DNA of 35,015 nucleotides from an uncultured Methanosarcinales archaeon (lineage in GTDB: Archaea; Nanobdellota; Nanobdellia; Woesearchaeales; ARS49), in contig CAYJTR010000001.1 of the NCBI GenBank assembly GCA_964373285.1, positions 1-35,015 of the forward strand, written 5' to 3'. The notes under the pieces are model-generated. The model was not told where the DNA came from, ran no database searches, and saw only the letters and a program-made list of their open reading frames with translations. Within the stretch, counting starts at the first letter, position 1. Each line of letters opens with the position of its first letter. Made by a program: the position numbers and the translations under genes. Of the stretch, positions 23,786 through 32,807 are shown in pieces.

Positions 23786-25464
23786 TGCCGACTCTTAACT
23801 ACTCTTTCAGGGATTTGTCTTCTCTTATTAAGAAGAAAATTTCTAGGGAGCAGTTGGAGGAATCTCTAAAGTTTGCTAAGGCGGAGCTTGAAAGGTTTTC
23901 CGGTGACGAAATTCTTGTTAAGTTTAATGATACTAATCAGCCCCATCTTTGGACTGTCGAGGGCTTGGCTATTTTTCTTCAGGGAATTCTTGGTGTTGAG
24001 CTCGGAATTCCTGTTGTTAAAACTTCCAGCAAGCATTGTGAGGTCAGGGTTGAGAAAAGTGTTCGTGGCATCAGGCAGTTCATTTCCGCGTTCAAGGTTG
24101 AAAACATTGTTGTTACTGAAGAATTTTTGGTCCAGCTTATTCAGTCGCAGGAAAAAATCTGCGATGTTTATGGCAGGAGGCGCGAGAAAATTGCTGTTGG
24201 CATTTATCCCTCCAGAAAGATTTCTTTTCCTGTAACTTTTAAGGCCGTTCAGCCCAAGAGTGTCAGGTTCACTCCTTTGGGAATGTTTGAGGATTTGAAC
24301 TTGCAGGAAATTTTGGAAAATCACCCAAAGGGTTTGGAGTATGGTAAAATTCTTTCCGGCTTCAAAAAATATCCTTTGCTTGTTGATTCTTCCAGAAATA
24401 TTTTGAGTTTTCCTCCGATTATTAATTCTTCAGATCTCGGGGCTGTTGAGCCCGGTACTGATGAGTTGTTTTTCGAAGTTACTGGCACCGATCAGCAATT
24501 GGTTAATGTTGTCTCGTCAATTTTTGCCCACTCTTTTTCCAAGAGGGGTGGTGTTATAGTTCCCGGAAAAATATTTTTTGAGGGCAAAAAGATTATTGCT
24601 CCCAAAATTAGCCCCTCTTTTTTCAAGCTTCCTGAGGATGTTATTGAGAGGGTTCTCGGCAGGAGTTTTTCTGAGAAGGAAAAAAGGGACGCTTTCAGAA
24701 TGTTGAGGATGGATTATTCTGCCGGGAAGGTTTTGTTGCCTTCTTATCGTGCTGACGTGATGCATCCTGTTGACCTTGTTGAGGACTTGGCGATATCTGC
24801 TGGTTATGATAATATTAAGCCCCTGCCCCTGACCACTTACACTGTTGGCGGAACGAGTCCTTTGATTCCTTTGATTAATTCTTTGAGGCTTCTTTCTGTT
24901 GGCGCCGGCTTTCAGGAAACTTTTTCTCAGATTCTTTCCAGCGAGGAGGTTATGAGTGACAGGATGGGATGCCCTGATTTTGGCTCTGTTAAAGTTAAGA
25001 ATTATTCCAGCGCTAATTATTCCATGCTTAGAACTTGGATTATTCCTCAATTGTTGGAAATTCTTTCTAAGAACAAGCATAATGTTTACCCTCAAAAATT
25101 GTTTGAGGAGGGTGTTGTTGTTGTCAGGAATGGCAACGATGTTAAAGAGTATGAGAGAATTGCTTTCGCTTCCAGTCATACCAATGTTGACTTTACAGAG
25201 TTGAAGCAGGTTGTTGATTTTATTTTTCGCGGCATTGGTGTTTTTCCTGTTTATGAGGAGTGTGAGCATAAGAGTTTTATTCAGGGAAGGGTTGCCAGCA
25301 TTAGTGTTAATGGCTCGAAAATTGCTTTTATCGGCGAGATTCACCCTCAAGTTTTGAGTTCTTTTGGTCTGGAACTGCCTGTTGTTGCCGCAGAGCTTAA
25401 CATTACTTTGTTGTCTGAATCTATGAAGAATTATGGTGCCGGCGCCAAGCAATTGATTTCTTAG
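23785..25464 (+). CDS. pheT: Phenylalanine--tRNA ligase beta subunit
   Basis: It overlaps the pheS stop by 1 nt. MPTLNYSFRDLSSLI... and the B3/4 and B5 regions (YRADVMHPVDLVEDLAISAGYDNI) are typical of archaeal PheT. Confidence 0.9.
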   Translation: MPTLNYSFRDLSSLIKKKISREQLEESLKFAKAELERFSGDEILVKFNDTNQPHLWTVEGLAIFLQGILGVELGIPVVKTSSKHCEVRVEKSVRGIRQFISAFKVENIVVTEEFLVQLIQSQEKICDVYGRRREKIAVGIYPSRKISFPVTFKAVQPKSVRFTPLGMFEDLNLQEILENHPKGLEYGKILSGFKKYPLLVDSSRNILSFPPIINSSDLGAVEPGTDELFFEVTGTDQQLVNVVSSIFAHSFSKRGGVIVPGKIFFEGKKIIAPKISPSFFKLPEDVIERVLGRSFSEKEKRDAFRMLRMDYSAGKVLLPSYRADVMHPVDLVEDLAISAGYDNIKPLPLTTYTVGGTSPLIPLINSLRLLSVGAGFQETFSQILSSEEVMSDRMGCPDFGSVKVKNYSSANYSMLRTWIIPQLLEILSKNKHNVYPQKLFEEGVVVVRNGNDVKEYERIAFASSHTNVDFTELKQVVDFIFRGIGVFPVYEECEHKSFIQGRVASISVNGSKIAFIGEIHPQVLSSFGLELPVVAAELNITLLSESMKNYGAGAKQLIS

Positions 25465-25474
25465 TTTTTTTTTT
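25465..25474 (+). terminator. T10 run directly after pheT
   Basis: tag followed by tttttttttt. Confidence 0.5.
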
Positions 25475-25491
25475 GATTCATCAATAATCTC

Positions 25492-25821
25492 TTAATCTTT
25501 CTTTGCCGTCTTTGCCTTTTCCGTGCTCTTTTTTCTTTTAGTGCTTTTTGGTTTCGTATTTTTTTCTTTCTTCTTTGGCGTTTTTATTGTTATATTCAGT
25601 ATTTTGAATGCTTGAATTATGTCTTCGTGGGGCGCGTCTTCTTTTATGTCTATCATTTTTCCCAGCGGTTCTAAGTGTTGCTTGTTGCATTTTCTTCTTC
25701 TCGTTTCCCCGTCTATTATTACGTGGTGTTCGTCTACATGCTTTATTACCGTGCACTTTTTTCCCGAGTCTCTGCCGGCTGTCTTTAAGCATAATGATCC
25801 TATCTCGAACATTTTACTCAC
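25492..25821 (-). CDS. rpl14e: 50S ribosomal protein L14e
   Basis: KOW-like FEIGSLCLKTAGRDSGKKCTVIKHVDEHHVIIDG with a basic K-rich tail. Confidence 0.8.
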   Translation of the reverse strand: MSKMFEIGSLCLKTAGRDSGKKCTVIKHVDEHHVIIDGETRRRKCNKQHLEPLGKMIDIKEDAPHEDIIQAFKILNITIKTPKKKEKNTKPKSTKRKKSTEKAKTAKKD

Positions 25822-26101
25822 CTATTATTTGCCTAGCTATTTCTTGGGCTTTCTCAATCATTTTTGTTCTTGAACATTTTGAGCATAATACTCCGCCGTA
25901 AGGTCTTTCTGGTCTTCTTTCAGTTTTGGACATTTTTTGTATTTGTGATGGGTATCCTCTGGCTGTTCCTTTGAGTGTTGTTCCGCAGTCCGCGCACTCT
26001 GCTTTGCCTGTTTTTCTTCTGCCGTAATGTATCGTTCTTCTGCCTCCCGGCAGTGTTGCCCTTTTCCTCTTGAATGTTCTGTTCTTGTATCTGCCCCTCA
26101 T
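25814..26101 (-). CDS. rpl34e: 50S ribosomal protein L34e
   Basis: MRGRYKNRTFKRKRATLPGGRRTIHY...CADCGTTLKG...RPYGGVLCSKC. The ATG at 26101 is preferred over the track start at 26215. It overlaps rpl14e by 8 nt. Confidence 0.85.
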   Translation of the reverse strand: MRGRYKNRTFKRKRATLPGGRRTIHYGRRKTGKAECADCGTTLKGTARGYPSQIQKMSKTERRPERPYGGVLCSKCSRTKMIEKAQEIARQIIGE

Positions 26102-26122
26102 ATTGCGAAGGGCTGGCGGGTC

Positions 26123-26134
26123 ATTTATAAATAT
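26123..26134 (-). promoter_or_regulatory. TATA box (atttataaatat) for rpl34e-rpl14e
   Basis: Lies 22-33 nt upstream of the ATG at 26101, consistent with a leaderless transcript. Confidence 0.5.
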
Positions 26135-26170
26135 TGCTACTGTGATTTGTGAATCTTTGGTGAGCACTAC

Positions 26171-26180
26171 ATTTAAAAAA
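26171..26180 (+). promoter_or_regulatory. TATA box atttaaaaaa for the KH/top6B/top6A operon
   Basis: Lies 21-30 nt upstream of the ATG at 26201. Confidence 0.5.
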
Positions 26181-26200
26181 GATGCTTTAATCACCGTTTT

Positions 26201-26749
26201 ATGCATGATATTCAAGAGTTTAGGTATGATCTTAAAATTCCTAGGGAGCGTGTCGCCGTTATTATTGGTAAGGATGGTTCTACAAAGAAGTTGTTGGAAT
26301 CTTTGACTAAGACTAGGATTGGTGTTGATTCTGATTCTGGGGAGGTTGTTATTACTGGTTCTGATACTTTGCTTCTTTACCAGACTAGGGAGATTGTTCG
26401 GGCTATCGCTAGGGGTTTTAATCCTGATATTGCCAGACAGTTGATAAAGCAGGATTATAGTTTGGAAGTTTTGAATCTTCAGGATTATTCCAGAAATCCT
26501 AATGATTTGGAGAGGTTGAAGGGAAGAATTATTGGTCAGGATGGCAAGGCTCGCAGAACTATTGAGGAGCTTACCAAGACTAGTTTGTGCGTTTATGGCA
26601 AAACTATCAGTATTATAGGGTATGTCGAGGACATTAGTGTTGCCAGAAGGGCTGTTGAGTCATTGCTTGCCGGTAGCAGGCATGGAAACGTTTATAAAAA
26701 GATTGAGAGGCGCAACAGGATTATGAAAAGAGAGGCGCCTAAGTTATGA
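26201..26749 (+). CDS. KH-domain RNA-binding protein (archaeal Dim2/Pno1-like, two KH modules)
   Basis: [14 protein letters not shown] and [15 protein letters not shown] are GxxG KH loops. Confidence 0.8.
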   Translation: MHDIQEFRYDLKIPRERVAVIIGKDGSTKKLLESLTKTRIGVDSDSGEVVITGSDTLLLYQTREIVRAIARGFNPDIARQLIKQDYSLEVLNLQDYSRNPNDLERLKGRIIGQDGKARRTIEELTKTSLCVYGKTISIIGYVEDISVARRAVESLLAGSRHGNVYKKIERRNRIMKREAPKL

Positions 26750-28395
26750 GTACTGTTGCTGAACAATTGGCTCAGAAGCAGAGGGATATTAGCGTTGCAG
26801 AATTCTTTGAGAGGAATCGCCACCTTCTTGGTTTTGATAATAAAAGGAAGGCGTTGCTTACCGTTGTTAAAGAGGCCGTTGATAATTCTATTGATGCCTG
26901 CGAGGAGGCGAAAATTTTGCCTGATATTTCTGTCGAGATTGTTGATATGGGTAATGATCGTTTCAAAACTATTGTTGAGGATAATGGCCCGGGCATTGTG
27001 AAAAAAAATATTCCTAATGTTTTTGCTAAATTGTTGTATGGCTCCAAATTTCACAGGATGAGGCAGTCACGGGGCCAGCAGGGTATAGGTATTAGCGCCG
27101 CGGTTTTGTACGCTCAGCTTACTACTGGCCGTCCTGCAAGGATTACTTCTAAAACTGGCAAGGATGAGCCGGCTCATTATTATGAGCTTCATATTGATAC
27201 TCAGAAGAATACTCCTCAGATTGTTAAGGATGATATTGTTGAGTGGCCCGGCAAGGTTAGCGGCGTTAAGATAGAGCTCGATTTTGAGGCCATTTATCAG
27301 AAGGGTGATCAGAGTGTTGATGCCTATCTTCGCGAGACCGCTATTACTAATCCTCACGCATCCATAACTTATACTACTCCCAGGGCCGAACAATTTATTT
27401 TTCAGAGGGCGACCAACTCTCTGCCTCCCGAGGCCAGGGAGATTAAGCCCCACCCCTATGGTGTTGAGCACGGCATTATGCAGAAATTGTTGAGGAATAC
27501 TCAGTGTAGAACTATGCAGCAGTTTTTGACTACTGAATTTTCCAGGGTTAGTCCTGCTGTTGCCAAAGAAATTTTGGAAAAATCTTCGATTCCCAATAAT
27601 TTCAGGCCTTCAGAAATTACTCATCCTCAGGTTGAGAAAATGATGTCTGCTATTCGTGATACTAAAATCATGGCTCCTCCTACTGATTGCATTGTTCCTA
27701 TAGGTGCGGAATTGTTAGAGAAGGGTTTAAGGAAGGAGGTTAATGCTGAATTTTATACTTCTATCACTAGAGTTCCTGAAGTTTATAGGGGTATTCCTTT
27801 TGTTGTTGAGTGCGCTGTTGCTTTTGGCGGCGACCAGCCCAAGGAGGAATCTTCCCGATTGTTGAGGTACGCTAATAGGGTTCCTTTGTTGTACCAGCAG
27901 GGCAGTTGTGCTAGTTTTAAGGCTGTTACTCAGACTAATTGGAAGCAGTATGGTATTCCTCAGACTAAGGGTTCTTTGCCTCAGGCTCCTTTAACTATTG
28001 TTGTTCACCTCGCTTCTGTCTGGCCTCCTTTTACTTCTGAAGCCAAGGAGGCTGTTGCTCATTACCCCGAAATTATCAAGGAGATGAAGCTCGCCGTTCA
28101 GGAGGTTGCTCGAAGACTTGCTCAATACGTTAGGAGGAAGGAGCGTGTTGGCGCCGAAGGTAAGAAGAGGAGTTATATTGAGACTTACCTTCCTCATGTT
28201 GCTAACGCTTTGAAAAATTTGTTGGGCATTAGTCAAAAAGAGGAGCTTTTTGTTTCTTCGAAGCTTAAAGAGATTCTTGAGAAGAAGAGGGGCGTTTTGG
28301 AAAAGTTTGATGTTGATAATCCTGAGTATGATGAAGAATTGGCTAGTGTTGGTAAGGGCGTTAAGATTTCTGAGGGTGATACTTATGAAGACTGA
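26746..28395 (+). CDS. top6B: DNA topoisomerase VI subunit B
   Basis: [16 protein letters not shown], the Bergerat ATP-binding fold ([23 protein letters not shown]) and the transducer domain. Its ATG overlaps the KH stop (ATGA). Confidence 0.92.
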   Translation: MSTVAEQLAQKQRDISVAEFFERNRHLLGFDNKRKALLTVVKEAVDNSIDACEEAKILPDISVEIVDMGNDRFKTIVEDNGPGIVKKNIPNVFAKLLYGSKFHRMRQSRGQQGIGISAAVLYAQLTTGRPARITSKTGKDEPAHYYELHIDTQKNTPQIVKDDIVEWPGKVSGVKIELDFEAIYQKGDQSVDAYLRETAITNPHASITYTTPRAEQFIFQRATNSLPPEAREIKPHPYGVEHGIMQKLLRNTQCRTMQQFLTTEFSRVSPAVAKEILEKSSIPNNFRPSEITHPQVEKMMSAIRDTKIMAPPTDCIVPIGAELLEKGLRKEVNAEFYTSITRVPEVYRGIPFVVECAVAFGGDQPKEESSRLLRYANRVPLLYQQGSCASFKAVTQTNWKQYGIPQTKGSLPQAPLTIVVHLASVWPPFTSEAKEAVAHYPEIIKEMKLAVQEVARRLAQYVRRKERVGAEGKKRSYIETYLPHVANALKNLLGISQKEELFVSSKLKEILEKKRGVLEKFDVDNPEYDEELASVGKGVKISEGDTYED

Positions 28396-29482
28396 TAATG
28401 ATTTTTTGGTTATTAAGAAGATTCGTGGCGAGGCCGAGGAGATATTTAAGTCTATTAAGAGTGGCAGACTTCCGACTCTTACCACTCCTTTGCGTGCATT
28501 GTCCAATGTTACTTATGATGAGAAGCGCGGTTATTTCGAGCTTGCCGGCGGTAAAAAGTCTAGGACTTTGACTGCTAACACTATAAAAACTTTTGCTCAA
28601 ACTTTGAGAATGATGGAGCTTTCCAAACTTCTTGTTGAGACTGATGATATGGCTACCAAGAGGGATGCTTATTATCAAAGCAAGAATTGGGGCGAGGCAA
28701 GGTTTTCTGAACAGCCGGAAAGCGATGCAGTTATGGATGATATGGAGGCGCTCTTCGGGGTGAACAGGGAGCAGTTAGGTTTTTATCCTGATGAGCGTGG
28801 CGGCGATGTTGCTGGCGCGTTGACAGTTATTGATGAAGATCCTGAAACTGGCAAAGAGATAAGAATTGATTGTACTAAGTTTGGCAGTGGTTCTTATAGC
28901 GTTCCTTCGAGTGTTGAGCAGTTGAAGTTTGAGACTAAGGCAGAATTTATTTTGGCTATTGAGACTCAGGGTATGTATTCCAGGCTTGTAAAGCACGCTT
29001 ACTGGAAGAAGCAAAATTGCATTCTTGTCAGTATGGGAGGGGTTCCAACAAGGGCAACCCGCCGGTTTATTCGACGATTGGCGGATGACAAAAAGATTCC
29101 AGTGCTCGTTTTTGATGATGGAGATCCTTATGGGTGGCTGAACATTTATAGGACTTTAAAGGTTGGTTCCGGCAACGCTGCACATCTTAACAAATATTTT
29201 TGTGTTCCTCAGGCGCATTTTATAGGAATAACTGCCAGGGACATCACGGAGTACAAGCTTCCAACGCACCCATTGAAAGATATTGATATTAAGAGGGTTG
29301 AGGACGGGCTGAAGAACGACCCGTTCGTCAAGCATTACAAGGAGTGGCAGACTGCGCTTCACGATATTATTAAGTTGAAGAAGAGGGCTGAACAGCAGGC
29401 GCTTGCCGCTCATGGTTTGAATTATGTTATGAGTGATTACCTGCCTCAAAAATTGGAGAATCCTAAAAGCTGGCTGCCTTAA
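28385..29482 (+). CDS. top6A: DNA topoisomerase VI subunit A (Spo11 family)
   Basis: Winged helix with the catalytic Tyr region (KRDAYYQS) and a Toprim domain ([19 protein letters not shown]). The ATG at 28385 overlaps top6B by 11 nt. The track start at 28250 is rejected. Confidence 0.92.
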   Translation: MKTDNDFLVIKKIRGEAEEIFKSIKSGRLPTLTTPLRALSNVTYDEKRGYFELAGGKKSRTLTANTIKTFAQTLRMMELSKLLVETDDMATKRDAYYQSKNWGEARFSEQPESDAVMDDMEALFGVNREQLGFYPDERGGDVAGALTVIDEDPETGKEIRIDCTKFGSGSYSVPSSVEQLKFETKAEFILAIETQGMYSRLVKHAYWKKQNCILVSMGGVPTRATRRFIRRLADDKKIPVLVFDDGDPYGWLNIYRTLKVGSGNAAHLNKYFCVPQAHFIGITARDITEYKLPTHPLKDIDIKRVEDGLKNDPFVKHYKEWQTALHDIIKLKKRAEQQALAAHGLNYVMSDYLPQKLENPKSWLP

Positions 29483-29541
29483 AGCAATGTTTTCCCGTCG
29501 CAGTCACCCTCTCAGAATAATTCTTGGTATAAGTTCGTTTT

Positions 29542-30276
29542 TCAGCTGATGATTTCTTTGTATAATTCTTCTTCTGAAGTTTTCACTCCTATTTTTTTGA
29601 AATAGTTCGCGATATTTTTGCAGTCTCTTCTGAGCCACTCTTCCGCGTTTGGATCTTTGAATGTTGTGGAGTGCGACAAATCTATAAGCACCGGGTTCTC
29701 GTCGTCGTTTAATATGTTGAATTGTGATAGGTCTGCGTGAACAAGCCCTGCATTATGCATTTTTTTCATTTCCCGCAATACTTTTTTGTAGAACTCTTCG
29801 GGATTTTTCGGTTTTTGAACGCTTAATCTTGGCGCTGGCGCTTCTCTTCCTATTAGTGACATTGCTAAAACGTTGTTTGAGAACGCTTTAGGGTGGGGCA
29901 CTCTTACTTCTCCTCTGACCGCCGTAAGCAAATTTTTGTATTCTCTTTTGCACCACTCAAATATTATTTTTCTTCTTTGGTGTCTTAACTCTAAAAATCT
30001 AGGGTCTGATCTTATGTATGAGTACATCTTGTTGAAGTCTGCTGTTTGCAACCTGTATATTTTTACCGCTATTTTTTCTTTTCCTTTTCTCGCCGTGAAA
30101 ACGTTTGATTCTTTTCCTATGCTTAACGGGCTTTCCAAACCGTCAATAACTCCCTTGGTTATTAGCGAGTGTATTGTTCTTTCTGTGAAAATGTCGAACA
30201 CGTCGTTGAGTGTTTTCCATATTTCTTTTTGCGGCTTTCTCAAATTTCCACCTCTCTTTTTGACAGGTAGCGCCAC
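29542..30276 (-). CDS. RIO-type serine/threonine protein kinase (Rio1-like, no N-terminal wHTH)
   Basis: SIGKESNVFTA, VKIYR and LVHADLSQFNIL, followed by IDLSHS. Start is either the GTG at 30276 or the TTG at 30243. Confidence 0.85.
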   Translation of the reverse strand: MALPVKKRGGNLRKPQKEIWKTLNDVFDIFTERTIHSLITKGVIDGLESPLSIGKESNVFTARKGKEKIAVKIYRLQTADFNKMYSYIRSDPRFLELRHQRRKIIFEWCKREYKNLLTAVRGEVRVPHPKAFSNNVLAMSLIGREAPAPRLSVQKPKNPEEFYKKVLREMKKMHNAGLVHADLSQFNILNDDENPVLIDLSHSTTFKDPNAEEWLRRDCKNIANYFKKIGVKTSEEELYKEIIS

Positions 30277-30929
30277 TCCCCTCTCTTTAAATCTTTTAAT
30301 GTTATACTTCCTATTCTTACTCGTAATAGCATTAATACCTTGTTGTTCAGCTCCTCAAATATTCTTTTGACTATGTGCTTTCTTCCTTCGTGAATACTTA
30401 TCTCCCACACGTAAGGGTTTCTTTTTTTTGCTCTTATCTCAACAGGCCTCCCGTCTATGAAAATTCTTTGAGGTATTTTATCAATTCTATTCTTTAGTTT
30501 TACCACGTACGTTTTCGTAGTTTCGTATTTTGGATGCGCTATTTTTGATGCCCACACCCCGTCATTTGTTAATAATAATAATCCCTCAGCGTCCAAGTCT
30601 AATCTTCCCGCTATGAATATTCTTTCATCCACTTCCACATAATCAGTGGCGCAGGGAATTCCTCTTTCTCTGACTATTGATGATATCACCCCTTTGGGCT
30701 TGTAAAATGCTATGTACACAAATTTTTCCGGAATTATTTTTTCTCCGTCAAGAATAACAACATCTCTTGAAGATATTTTCTGCCCCAGAACTGCCGTTCT
30801 CCCGTTTATCTGCACTCTTCCTTCTCTTATCATGTCCTCGCATTTTCTTCTTGATGCAACTCCGCACAGCGCGAGGTAGTGGTTTATTCTTATTGTTTCT
30901 AATTTTGATTCTCTTTGGTTTGTTTTCAT
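30240..30929 (-). CDS. Pseudouridine synthase of the RsuA/RluB/RluF family with N-terminal S4 domain
   Basis: S4 domain RINHYLALCGVASRRKCEDMIREGRVQING and catalytic motif GRLDLDAEGLLLLTNDG. Confidence 0.85.
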   Translation of the reverse strand: MKTNQRESKLETIRINHYLALCGVASRRKCEDMIREGRVQINGRTAVLGQKISSRDVVILDGEKIIPEKFVYIAFYKPKGVISSIVRERGIPCATDYVEVDERIFIAGRLDLDAEGLLLLTNDGVWASKIAHPKYETTKTYVVKLKNRIDKIPQRIFIDGRPVEIRAKKRNPYVWEISIHEGRKHIVKRIFEELNNKVLMLLRVRIGSITLKDLKRGEWRYLSKREVEI

Positions 30930-30936
30930 TTCTTGT

Positions 30937-31527
30937 TCACAATATTTGATGTTTTATGCTCTCCAGAACAATTTCTTGTCCTTTTATAATTATCCCAGTT
31001 TTAAGAATATTAAGAACGACTTCATCTTTCTTTCTGATATTATTTTTTAGATCTGATACTGTTTGAAATATCGGATGTATTGGTTTTAGAAGCACATCAT
31101 TCTTTTTGCCAATACAACTCTTTATTTTTGAATAATTCTTCTTTTCAAAAATGATAAGAAGGTCAATATCATTCGCTTTTTGAGGATTCTTGAGTATGGA
31201 ACCAAAAATTATCAGCCCGTCAACAAACTTTTCTAATTCTTCAAACTCATACATCCAGCGTTTTGCGTTATCTCTTGCGTCTTTCATCAATATTGTCTCA
31301 ATTGTTCTAAAAACATATTGCTCTTCCAGTCGCACACTGTAAAAAGTTGCCTTTCCAAATTTTTTGCTTCTGAGAAATCCTTCCATTTCCAGATGTTTTA
31401 GCGCCTTCATGGCGCCCTGACGAGTAATAGCGACTTCTTTAGTTATACTGCTGGCATTGTATTCTTTTGTAAAATCTTTCGCCAGTATAAGCAGAATGTT
31501 TGATTCCTTCTCTCCAAAACCTTTCAT
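30937..31527 (-). CDS. wHTH plus nucleotidyltransferase-domain protein
   Basis: The N-terminal winged helix is SSITKEVAITRQGAMKALKHLEMEGFL. The NTase motif is IIFGSILKNPQKANDIDLLII. Confidence 0.7.
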   Translation of the reverse strand: MKGFGEKESNILLILAKDFTKEYNASSITKEVAITRQGAMKALKHLEMEGFLRSKKFGKATFYSVRLEEQYVFRTIETILMKDARDNAKRWMYEFEELEKFVDGLIIFGSILKNPQKANDIDLLIIFEKKNYSKIKSCIGKKNDVLLKPIHPIFQTVSDLKNNIRKKDEVVLNILKTGIIIKGQEIVLESIKHQIL

Positions 31528-31542
31528 ATTATGTCAACCTCA

Positions 31543-31560
31543 AGTTTACATATGTAAACT
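31543..31560. promoter_or_regulatory. Perfect 18-bp palindrome AGTTTACATATGTAAACT (candidate operator)
   Basis: It lies between the TATA box (31570-31577) and the start codon (31527) of the wHTH-NTase gene. Confidence 0.5.
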
Positions 31561-31569
31561 GACAGTTAC

Positions 31570-31577
31570 TATATAAA
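31570..31577 (-). promoter_or_regulatory. TATA box (tatataaa) for the wHTH-NTase gene
   Basis: Lies 43-50 nt upstream of the ATG. GAGGT is present about 10 nt upstream of the ATG on the mRNA. Confidence 0.4.
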
Positions 31578-31597
31578 CTTTTCTCTTTTCGAGAACC

Positions 31598-31605
31598 TTT
31601 TTAAA
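31598..31605 (+). promoter_or_regulatory. TATA box tttttaaa for the Rpp30-like gene
   Basis: Lies 23-30 nt upstream of the ATG at 31628. Confidence 0.45.
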
Positions 31606-31627
31606 CCTCTCCTTCCAGCTCGTACGC

Positions 31628-32107
31628 ATGCATGCGATAGATATTGTTTTGAAAAAAACTCCTGCTGTTGTTTCAATGGCTGTGAGGATGGGTTTTGTTG
31701 TTGAGGAGGCCTCGAAAATCGGGGTTTTTCAGGCAGGGGATGATGTCCGCGCCCTTGTGGAAAAGAAAGGTGTTAGCGGCATTTACGATTTTGAATACGT
31801 TGAGCCCCGCGACTCCTTGCATTACAGAAGGTCGGGGCTTAATAATATTATTTGCGCTATTATGAGCAAAAAAAATATTTTTTGGGTTGTCAACATCAGG
31901 GCGATTATAGAAACTTCCGGCAGGAGCAGGGCGATTCTTCTCGGGCGCATCAGGCAGAATATTGCCTTGTGCAGGAAGTACAATGTTCGCGTTCGCGCAG
32001 GCAGTTTTGCTGAATCTCCCGAGCATTTGCGCTCGCCGCACGATGTTGAAGCACTGCTTAAAGTCCTCGGCATGAGAGACGTTGATGTGAAGAAGATTTG
32101 GGGGTGA
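31628..32107 (+). CDS. rnp3: RNase P protein component 3 (Rpp30/Rnp3-like), short form
   Basis: The C-terminal region RAILLGRIRQNIALCRKYNVRVRAGSFAESPEHLRSPHDVEALLKVLGM matches the Rpp30 pattern (CRKYgV....sS.A.....lRsPrD...l...lG). It is only 159 aa. Confidence 0.65.
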   Translation: MHAIDIVLKKTPAVVSMAVRMGFVVEEASKIGVFQAGDDVRALVEKKGVSGIYDFEYVEPRDSLHYRRSGLNNIICAIMSKKNIFWVVNIRAIIETSGRSRAILLGRIRQNIALCRKYNVRVRAGSFAESPEHLRSPHDVEALLKVLGMRDVDVKKIWG

Positions 32108-32119
32108 AAATCCTGTTAG

Positions 32120-32677
32120 TCATTGTGATCGTATAATACATTCCTCTTTTTTTTCGGCGCTCACAATATTGTTGCAGAGCTTTGGCGCTAAATAAATCAT
32201 TGCCAGCCTTTTCCAAGCTTTTTCTGCGCATTGCTGTTCATACAACTCAGTATTTCCTGCAAGTATTTCGCATATTTCTTCCGTTGATGTCTCGGCGTCG
32301 GCACATTCCTCTGCTTTTTGTAGAACTTCTGCTCTGCATACATTGTTTGTTCCACACAGCTTTTCATCTTTTGTTATTTTTGCTCTGCACTCCATTGACT
32401 CTTTCTCATCTGCGTATTCATCACAGAATGATTCATTTTTTTGCAGCACTGCCCTGCATAGTTCTGGCTCATCACTTTTTTCGCAGAGCCGGAGATTTCC
32501 TGTTTGTACCGCCTGTATGTATGCAACTATTCCTTTTGTCTGAGAGAGACATTCTTGGTTCTTGCTTTGGAATTCTTCCTTTACACTGTCAGATTCTGTA
32601 CTCCAGAATATGAGAAGTCCCGTAATTCCCGCTACCAGCACGATAAGCACTCCTATTGTTTTGATAGTTCTGTCCAT
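32120..32677 (-). CDS. Membrane-anchored Cys-rich repeat protein
   Basis: The start is taken at MDRTIKTIGVLIVLVAGITGLLIFW (TM anchor). The ectodomain has 13 Cys with three repeats of the type CRA-x4-5-K-x2-4-C (ELCRAVLQKNESFC, MECRAKITKDEKLC, NVCRAEVLQKAEEC). Confidence 0.55.
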   Translation of the reverse strand: MDRTIKTIGVLIVLVAGITGLLIFWSTESDSVKEEFQSKNQECLSQTKGIVAYIQAVQTGNLRLCEKSDEPELCRAVLQKNESFCDEYADEKESMECRAKITKDEKLCGTNNVCRAEVLQKAEECADAETSTEEICEILAGNTELYEQQCAEKAWKRLAMIYLAPKLCNNIVSAEKKEECIIRSQ

Positions 32678-32730
32678 AATACATCTTCCTGCCATCCACC
32701 AATAACCCTTATTTTTAAACCTTTCGAGAG

Positions 32731-32745
32731 AAACATTTAAAAAGG
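32731..32745 (+). promoter_or_regulatory. BRE/TATA-like box aaacatttaaaaagg
   Basis: It lies upstream of the long ORF that starts at 32808. AAGGGG lies 7 nt before the ATG. A - strand box (tttaaaaata, 32712-32721) may serve the divergent gene. Confidence 0.35.
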
Positions 32746-32807
32746 AATTGCTCATAAAACACGGCATTCGCTCATCGAACATTCTTGAGCGCAAAAAGGG
32801 GTTTTGT

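Noticed and set aside
30240-30276. The 37-nt overlap between the pseudouridine synthase 3' end and the RIO kinase start, as a possible regulatory feature.
   Set aside because: The RIO start is ambiguous. A TTG at 30243 would remove the overlap entirely while keeping the conserved N-terminal region.
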